From Patescibacteria group bacterium (GTDB taxonomy: Bacteria > Patescibacteriota > UBA1384 > 2-12-FULL-50-11): 64,000 nucleotides of DNA. The stretch's first letter is position 1. Each line of letters starts with the position of its first letter. This document shows positions 58,099 to 64,000 of this stretch, one piece after another. Location of the stretch: assembly GCA_016861245.1 (NCBI GenBank), contig BOKZ01000001.1, positions 280,962 to 344,961 on the forward strand. The letters are read 5' to 3'. Made by a program: the position numbers and the translations under genes. The notes below the pieces were generated by a model. The model had not been told where the DNA came from. It made no database searches and saw only the letters and a list, made by a program, of their open reading frames with translations.

Positions 58099-58202
58099 AT
58101 AAATCGCGCCATGGTAGTGGCTGCGTATCGGTACTTATTTCGATTGTCATACTGGCGGCGTTAGTTGCTGGCGCCATCTATTTCTTAAAGCGCTTCGTCT
58201 AG
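58059..58202 (+). CDS. 47-aa single-TM small protein (absent from the ORF track)
   Basis: MADDPQQTFYSDVDKSRHGSGCVSVLISIVILAALVAGAIYFLKRFV fills the murJ-lepA gap. Confidence 0.6.
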   Translation: MADDPQQTFYSDVDKSRHGSGCVSVLISIVILAALVAGAIYFLKRFV

Positions 58203-58236
58203 AGTATCAGCCTCAGATCAGGTAAAATTAACAGGT

Positions 58237-59943
58237 ATGAATATCCGTAATTTTGCGATTATAGCTCATATTGATCACGGCAAGTCGACACTTGCCGATC
58301 GCCTGTTGGAAAAAACCGGTTCGGTTAAAACCGGCAGCGGTAATCAGCTACTAGACACGATGGATCTCGAGAAGGAAAAAGGGATCACTATTAAGCTCAA
58401 CCCAGCCAGGATGTCGTATCGATACGACGGTCAGGAGTACCAACTAAATCTTATTGACACGCCCGGTCACGTTGACTTTGGATACGAAGTCTCGCGCTCG
58501 CTCGCTGCTGTCGAAGGAGTACTATTGTTGGTTGATGCCAGCCAGGGCATCCAAGCGCAAACGCTGACCAACCTCTACCAAGCACAAAAACTAAATCTGC
58601 GGGTGATTCCTGTGATTAATAAGATTGACTTGCCGACTGCACAACCAGAAGAAGCAGCTGAGGAGGTAATGAACTTATTAAACTGTCCGTACGAAGATAT
58701 CTGTTTTGTTTCTGGTAAAACGGGCGAGGGTGTCGATGAGTTACTTGAAAAAATTGTAACGGACATCCCGGCACCAAAAGTTACGGGGGAAGACGAGTTG
58801 CAAGCTCTAGTATTCGACTCGTTCTTTGATTCATTTTTGGGCGTTGTCGCGTACGTTAAAATCGTTAGCGGCTCGATTTCCAAGCAAGAAAAATTACAAA
58901 TGAAAGCAACTGAAGCGCAGTTCGAAACGCTCCAAGTCGGTTATTTACAGCTCAAGCGCTACACGCTCGATCAGCTAAGCGAGGGCGAGATCGGTTACGT
59001 AGCAACCGGGTTAAAAACAGTTCAAGACTGCCGCGTTGGCGACACAATTGTGGCACATCGTAGTACGGTGGCGTTACCAGGCTATCAAACGCCGAAGCCG
59101 ATGATTTACGCTTCTTTCTATCCAGAACCGGGCGAGGAGCGGCTACTTGGTAACGCACTAGAAAAACTCAAGCTTAACGACGCCTCGCTCGACTACGAAC
59201 CAGTCAACTCGAAGGCACTCGGCCCGGGCTACAATATTGGCTTTCTAGGTTTGTTACATATGGAAATTATTAAGGAACGCTTAGCTCGGGAGTTCGATGT
59301 ATCTGTTTTAGTTACGACGCCAACGGTTGCTTATATTCTTGAACCAAACGCTCAGCAAGAGCCGTGGGTCGATTTAGAAATCGTTTGCCCACAGCGGTAT
59401 TACGGTACGGTCAGCGAACTAACCTCTCAATATCGAACAGAATTTCAAAATGTTGAGTATATCGGTGATCGCGTTATTTGCCGTTATCAGGCACCGCTCG
59501 CTGAAGTAATTGTTGAGTTTTACGATCGGCTTAAATCGGTGACCGCCGGCTACGCCTCAATGGATTACAAATTAATCGGTTATCGCGAAGCAGACTTAGT
59601 TGCGGTCGACTTGGTTATCGCCGACGAGCGCGTAGATGCATTCACGCAGTACATGGTCCGTTCTAAGGCCGAGCGGTACGGACGAGCAATGGTGAAAAAA
59701 CTAAAAGAGTTAATACCACGTCAGAACTTTGAAGTATCGCTGCAAGCGGCGATCGGCGGCAAAATTATCGCCCGAGAAACTATCTCTGCCTTTCGCAAAG
59801 ACGTTACTGCTAAGTTGTACGGCGGCGACGTTACCCGCAAAAACAAACTGCTAGAAAAACAGAAAAAAGGTAAGAAAAAAATGCGCAATCTGGGTCGCGT
59901 CGAAATCCCAAATAAGGTTTTCATTGATCTACTGAAACAGTAA
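58237..59943 (+). CDS. lepA: Elongation factor 4
   Basis: IAHIDHGKSTLADR, DTPGHVDF, RKDVTAKLYGGDVTRK. Confidence 0.97.
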   Translation: MNIRNFAIIAHIDHGKSTLADRLLEKTGSVKTGSGNQLLDTMDLEKEKGITIKLNPARMSYRYDGQEYQLNLIDTPGHVDFGYEVSRSLAAVEGVLLLVDASQGIQAQTLTNLYQAQKLNLRVIPVINKIDLPTAQPEEAAEEVMNLLNCPYEDICFVSGKTGEGVDELLEKIVTDIPAPKVTGEDELQALVFDSFFDSFLGVVAYVKIVSGSISKQEKLQMKATEAQFETLQVGYLQLKRYTLDQLSEGEIGYVATGLKTVQDCRVGDTIVAHRSTVALPGYQTPKPMIYASFYPEPGEERLLGNALEKLKLNDASLDYEPVNSKALGPGYNIGFLGLLHMEIIKERLAREFDVSVLVTTPTVAYILEPNAQQEPWVDLEIVCPQRYYGTVSELTSQYRTEFQNVEYIGDRVICRYQAPLAEVIVEFYDRLKSVTAGYASMDYKLIGYREADLVAVDLVIADERVDAFTQYMVRSKAERYGRAMVKKLKELIPRQNFEVSLQAAIGGKIIARETISAFRKDVTAKLYGGDVTRKNKLLEKQKKGKKKMRNLGRVEIPNKVFIDLLKQ

Positions 59944-59978
59944 TAAAAAAACCGGGCCGAAGCCCGGGTGTTGTCTGA

Positions 59979-61001
59979 TTACAGACGGAAAAGTGTGTTC
60001 TCATCGCCAGTGACGTTTTCGACCATGTCCTTGAAAGGGACGCCGAAACTCTTGCCGATCACGATTGTTGACGTGCGTGCACCGTGCGAGAAGAAGCGAA
60101 CGCCTCGCAGGTCGGGAATGATGTCGCTGTTGGTGACAGCTGTTGCTGTTAACAGCATTTCGTTCGATCGAACGAAATCGCGGATACCGTATACTTCTGA
60201 GCGTTTGAAGTCGCATTCCAGCAGTCGCTCTTCCAGCCGTTCTGGCTTTTTCGAGAGATCCTTTTCATCGAGCTCAGCGTCGTACGGAACCATTGCTTGG
60301 AAACCGCCGTTCAACGCTTCGGCGCCGATGGCGGTAATTCCACCTTCCGGTGCGCCACCGATTCCCCAGAGCATGTGAAGGTTGCTCTCGCCCATCATTA
60401 CCGCTAGTGCTAGCAGGATATCGCCGTCCTGGACTCGCTTCAGCCGAAATCCAGCGTCTTTGAGCGACTGCATGTCCTTCTCATGGCGTGGTCGGTCGAG
60501 AATACCGATAGTGATCTCTTTCGGCTCTCGGTTGAGCGTTTCGGCGACGACCCGAGCGTTTCTTAACGCGCCGAAGGTGATATTAACGTGTTGCTTCGAG
60601 TCGCGGCCAGTGACCAGCTTCTTCAAGTACCAATCGGGTATCGGACGTTGGCCTCCTTCGGGGGTTGCGGCGAGAATCGAGACCGCGTTTGGTAGAGCGT
60701 TCGCGCAGAGGTTCGTGCCCTCCAGCGGATCAATGCTGATATCAACGACCGGCAAGCGTGCGTCTTGCGCACCTTCGCCTAGTCGTTGGCCGTGGTACAG
60801 TAGCGGCGCCTTGTCGCGCTCGCCTTCCCCACAGACGATATTGAAGCAGCAAGGCAGGCTGTTGAATTCCCGCTCCATAGCTTCGACAGCCATTTTGTCT
60901 GCGCCTTTCCGGTCGTTGTAGCCCATCATATGAGCAGATGCAATCGCGCCGGCGCGCGTTACGTTCATGAGGGGTCGGTAATACCGATCGATGAATTGCA
61001 T
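59979..61001 (-). CDS. glpX: Fructose-1,6-bisphosphatase class II
   Basis: GEGERDKAP, DPLEGT, LDRPRH, DGD, GIGGAPEG. Confidence 0.93.
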   Translation of the reverse strand: MQFIDRYYRPLMNVTRAGAIASAHMMGYNDRKGADKMAVEAMEREFNSLPCCFNIVCGEGERDKAPLLYHGQRLGEGAQDARLPVVDISIDPLEGTNLCANALPNAVSILAATPEGGQRPIPDWYLKKLVTGRDSKQHVNITFGALRNARVVAETLNREPKEITIGILDRPRHEKDMQSLKDAGFRLKRVQDGDILLALAVMMGESNLHMLWGIGGAPEGGITAIGAEALNGGFQAMVPYDAELDEKDLSKKPERLEERLLECDFKRSEVYGIRDFVRSNEMLLTATAVTNSDIIPDLRGVRFFSHGARTSTIVIGKSFGVPFKDMVENVTGDENTLFRL

Positions 61002-61097
61002 AGTTTCCTCCGTGATGTCGTGATGTGAAAGATCAGACGTTGCAATATTTTACCGGAAAATAGGTAAAAAAAGAACCCTCCGAAGAGGGGTTTTGCG

Positions 61098-61718
61098 CTA
61101 CCAATCCAGTTTCTTGACCGGATCAACGTAGGTGCGGGCGTAGCGACGATCTGGGAATGCGTCGTCTGGAAACGGAATCGACTTAGTCTCGCACCAGAAT
61201 TCTAGAATGCCGCGATTGATTCGCTGCTTGATCGGTTCGCGTTGGTCGTATTCAACGCGACCACCTTTTTTGGCGACTACTGCCTGAATCGCTTCGACGA
61301 TACGTTGGACACTAAACGTTAACTTGTATGGAATTGTCACAGTAGCGACGAAGTTTCGCTCGAGCGCCTTATCGAAGATTACTCGATTCTCATCTCCAAG
61401 CGCAGCGGCCACGGCGGCTGGATCACCTTCAAGCTCAGAGTATCCGAGTAAGATTCGGTACGTGTGACCGTCGATGACGATCTCAACATAGCGAACACTT
61501 TCTCCTACCTCGTCCATCAAACGGTTCCGAGCATCGCGCAATTCTTCCTCGGCCTTAAGGAACTTGTCACGCTTTTTGAGAAAACGACGTGTCTTCCAGT
61601 TGAGACGTTTCTGGTCTCTTTTGGAGTTGTACGAAGGGTGATCTTCGCCGCGCTCGACCCAGAGTGTTATCGGAAAGAGCGAGAGGACGAAACTAAAATA
61701 TCGACTTGCATTTGCCAC
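61098..61718 (-). CDS. Hypothetical protein
   Basis: GTG start with aggag SD; hairpin downstream. Confidence 0.55.
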   Translation of the reverse strand: MANASRYFSFVLSLFPITLWVERGEDHPSYNSKRDQKRLNWKTRRFLKKRDKFLKAEEELRDARNRLMDEVGESVRYVEIVIDGHTYRILLGYSELEGDPAAVAAALGDENRVIFDKALERNFVATVTIPYKLTFSVQRIVEAIQAVVAKKGGRVEYDQREPIKQRINRGILEFWCETKSIPFPDDAFPDRRYARTYVDPVKKLDW

Positions 61719-61745
61719 TGTTGCTTCTCCTGGTTGTAAGTTGCG

Positions 61746-62114
61746 TTATTCCGCGTGTGCTTCGGCGTGAGCCGAGCTACCGCCGGCGCTAGCGCTAGCG
61801 GACGCTGATGCGGAAGCATCGTTGGAATACTCATAGTAGTAAGTAGTGGTATACGTTGTATACGTTCGAGTGGTTATTGGGGTGCTCTTCCTTTTTGGAG
61901 TTTCAGCAAAACCTTTGTCGGTAGTGCTGGTAGTAATAGTAGGCGCTGGTTGTGTCGGCGGCTCTTTCTTTTGTTCGGTTGTTTGGGGGGTATTTGGTTC
62001 GTTATTAGCTTTCTGTTCTTGTTTTGGTTGGCGTAGCGCAAGAAAGGCCCAGACAGTACCGACCATAAATACGATGAAAATCCCGATCAAAATTATTTTT
62101 AGTAAACGTGACAT
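61746..62114 (-). CDS. Membrane-anchored low-complexity protein
   Basis: TM, Thr-rich region, ASASASAS tail. Confidence 0.65.
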   Translation of the reverse strand: MSRLLKIILIGIFIVFMVGTVWAFLALRQPKQEQKANNEPNTPQTTEQKKEPPTQPAPTITTSTTDKGFAETPKRKSTPITTRTYTTYTTTYYYEYSNDASASASASASAGGSSAHAEAHAE

Positions 62115-62148
62115 TCTATCGGCAGTATACTTGTTTTATAGAGAAAAT

Positions 62149-62982
62149 CTAGTCAGAAATAACAAATTTTCCTGCTTGTTCGCTTAAAAAGCCCTCAACT
62201 ATTAGTTGTGATAATGCTGTAGAAAGTTGATTTTCTCTAAACGGTAAAAGCTGTAATAGGCGTTCTAATGTAATCGGACTATTGTCCAATACGGCTCTCA
62301 GCACTGCGGCGCGGATTTGCCTGAATGATCCTTCGAATTTTGATTGACGGACGTAATGCAAGCTACGATTATTGGTGATAATTTTCAGTCGGCCGAGCAT
62401 CGCGCCGTAGTCAACCATAGCCCAATACCACTCGCGGATAGATCGCTCGTTTTTTAGTAGTATCTTTATCTTTTTGGCGATCTCGGTATCACTAACCACT
62501 TCCTGATTTTTAAAATAAAAGTAAGTAATAGTCTTTCGGATATTGGTTTCAATGAATACTACTTTCTGGTTAAAAGCATATGCTAAGACTGCCCCCGCAG
62601 TATTAGCACCAACGCCTGGTAGTTTAGTGAGATCAGTTAATTTGCTCGGAACAACACCATTAAACTCCGACGCAATCTGTTCGGCGGCGCGCTTGAGGAA
62701 AAGCGCTCGTCGATTATAACCGAGCCCCTGCCAGAGCTGTAACAACTCGGTTTGTGAACAAGTAGCTAGTGACAACACGCTTGGGAATTTGCGAATGAAT
62801 CGACGGTAGTAGTCGACAACTCTACTCGTCTGAGTTTGCTGCAGCATAATTTCGGAGACGAGAATGTAGTACGGATTAGTTGTTTCGCGCCACGGAAAGT
62901 CCCGCTTATGCGTTTTGTAGTACTCCCAAATTTGCTGATTAACTTGTGACGCAGTCGCAACCTTTGGCGCGGAGGATTTCAT
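62149..62982 (-). CDS. mutY: A/G-specific adenine glycosylase, Fe-S-less type
   Basis: PWR, VSEIMLQQT, WQGLGYNRRA, HhH LPGVG..TA. Confidence 0.85.
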   Translation of the reverse strand: MKSSAPKVATASQVNQQIWEYYKTHKRDFPWRETTNPYYILVSEIMLQQTQTSRVVDYYRRFIRKFPSVLSLATCSQTELLQLWQGLGYNRRALFLKRAAEQIASEFNGVVPSKLTDLTKLPGVGANTAGAVLAYAFNQKVVFIETNIRKTITYFYFKNQEVVSDTEIAKKIKILLKNERSIREWYWAMVDYGAMLGRLKIITNNRSLHYVRQSKFEGSFRQIRAAVLRAVLDNSPITLERLLQLLPFRENQLSTALSQLIVEGFLSEQAGKFVISD

Positions 62983-63271
62983 ATTGTCGCTCGATTGTAT
63001 CAACAAATACTGACTGCACAGAATCACCAGTTGCAAGGTCCTGTGAAAGCGAACTACGATGGCTGTAACCTCGCCGATTCATCTCTGCAACAAGCGCTTC
63101 GTGCCGGCGATAGAGAGCGTGGAGTTTTCCGGCCCATCGGAGTGTCTCAGGGTGTTTGGCGTAGCCGGACTTTTCGTTAACTAGAACCGACCAAATAGCG
63201 TGCAGCTCACGATGTTCGCCAAGTAAATGCTTACGACAGAGCCGATTTGGCTCAAGATCCCAAATTCGCAT
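62939..63271 (-). CDS. Pyrimidine dimer DNA glycosylase (T4 EndoV-like)
   Basis: MRIW..LCRKHLLGEHRE, GY.KHP, EM.RRGY.H. Confidence 0.85.
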   Translation of the reverse strand: MRIWDLEPNRLCRKHLLGEHRELHAIWSVLVNEKSGYAKHPETLRWAGKLHALYRRHEALVAEMNRRGYSHRSSLSQDLATGDSVQSVFVDTIERQYEILRAKGCDCVTS

Positions 63272-63510
63272 TACAATAGCCCACTCAAAAAACCAAGAAT
63301 TGTGATAGTTGCCCAAATGGCGTTTAGAACTACTGGCTGGAAATCTTTCTTGGTATATGATTCATAAATCAAGAATAACGAACCAAAAATGTTTAGCAAA
63401 ATATAAACTATGGATTTCGGTTCGACGACCTGAAACATGACCAACGCAAACGCGCCGACGATCATAACCACTCCGATCCAACCGATCAGCTCAATGTTTC
63501 TGCTCTTCAT
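63271..63510 (-). CDS. CBU_0592-like membrane protein
   Basis: IGWIG, Y.LLN.FGS, LN.IW. Confidence 0.75.
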   Translation of the reverse strand: MKSRNIELIGWIGVVMIVGAFALVMFQVVEPKSIVYILLNIFGSLFLIYESYTKKDFQPVVLNAIWATITILGFLSGLL

Positions 63511-63757
63511 TTTTCCCCCATTGCCACTTCGGTTTCTCGCCAGTTAGGTACGTGATAATAAGTAGCGCAATAGTTAAAACGGCGATCGGAATAAGTAAGT
63601 TATCGGTCACGTATCCGGCAGTGTTGTTCGTTTGGTCGGCTTTTAAAACAATACTAGCTACTCCCCCGAAGTAGACTCCGATAATCGCCCAGCCTTGCCA
63701 CGTTGCCGGTGTCCAGCCCCAGCCGTAGGTTTTGCGCACAAACCAATACTTTTTCAT
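63491..63757 (-). CDS. Small membrane protein
   Basis: WF.RK.YGWGWTPATWQGW..GEKPKWQWG. Confidence 0.8.
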   Translation of the reverse strand: MKKYWFVRKTYGWGWTPATWQGWAIIGVYFGGVASIVLKADQTNNTAGYVTDNLLIPIAVLTIALLIITYLTGEKPKWQWGKNEEQKH

Positions 63758-63797
63758 TGAGCGGGAGACGGGAATTCGAGCTAGCGCTCGGTTCCCT
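63754..63797 (-). repeat. tRNA-Gly 3'-end duplicate with hairpin
   Basis: 22-bp tcattgagcgggagacgggaat at 63754 and 63813. Confidence 0.85.
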
Positions 63798-63818
63798 CTT
63801 TTGTAGTAATAATCATTG

Positions 63819-63889
63819 AGCGGGAGACGGGAATCGAACCCGCGTCACCTGCTTGGAAGGCAGGAGTTCTACCATTGAACCACTCCCGC
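63819..63889 (-). tRNA. tRNA-Gly(TCC)
   Basis: GCGGGAG/CTCCCGC acceptor, CCTGC-CTTCCAA-GCAGG anticodon arm, U73. Confidence 0.95.
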
Positions 63890-63925
63890 GGTTCCCTGTA
63901 ATTTTACCAAAATAACCGATAATTG

Positions 63926-64000
63926 TTAGGCTTTACGGGCGATATCCAGCACGGTTTTGAGCGCTACAATCATCGCAGCCGGAGCCACGAATTGGCTGAT
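63926..64000 (-). CDS. 3' end of a gene running off the window
   Basis: ..ISQFVAPAAMIVALKTVLDIARKA*. Confidence 0.5.
   Translation of the reverse strand: MSQFVAPAAMIVALKTVLDIARKA

Noticed and set aside
61770-61820. gcgcta-type short tandem repeat
   Set aside because: It is explained by the Ala-Ser low-complexity coding tail.
1-64000. CRISPR array, cas genes, rRNA, IS transposases
   Set aside because: None seen. The short direct repeats are tRNA-end copies without regular repeat-spacer periodicity.

Overview
The window looks like chromosome from a small-genome bacterium, most likely Patescibacteria/CPR. This is an inference from the gene repertoire, a tRNA-Ile(UAU), an A1-U72 initiator-like tRNA and a tRNA-Asn group I intron. 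It reads in standard code 11. Housekeeping genes include ppsA, msrB, tag, dnaG-rpoD, lysS, rmuC, trx-ccdA/VKOR, a beta-CASP RNase, an L,D-transpeptidase, ddl, ftsH, lepB, murJ, lepA, glpX and mutY, mixed with many orphan and membrane genes. All six tRNA genes are on the minus strand, and each is interrupted or flanked by insertions. tRNA-Asn carries a group I intron at position 35/36 that encodes an HNH endonuclease. The initiator tRNA-Met is the target of a ~4.7-kb serine-recombinase element carrying a small-terminase-like gene, a trypsin protease plus partner, and a C4-like structured RNA. The Ser, Ile, Met, iMet and Gly tRNAs are flanked by partial tRNA copies with hairpins inserted in the T- or D-loop. 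The Ser and iMet copies share a covarying architecture of tandem-GA/triloop hairpins. A terminator-bounded divergent cassette encodes an SF2 helicase with 7 tandem winged-HTH repeats and a sigma70 fused to an IclR-like wHTH. All calls were made by eye from motifs, and no database searches were run.
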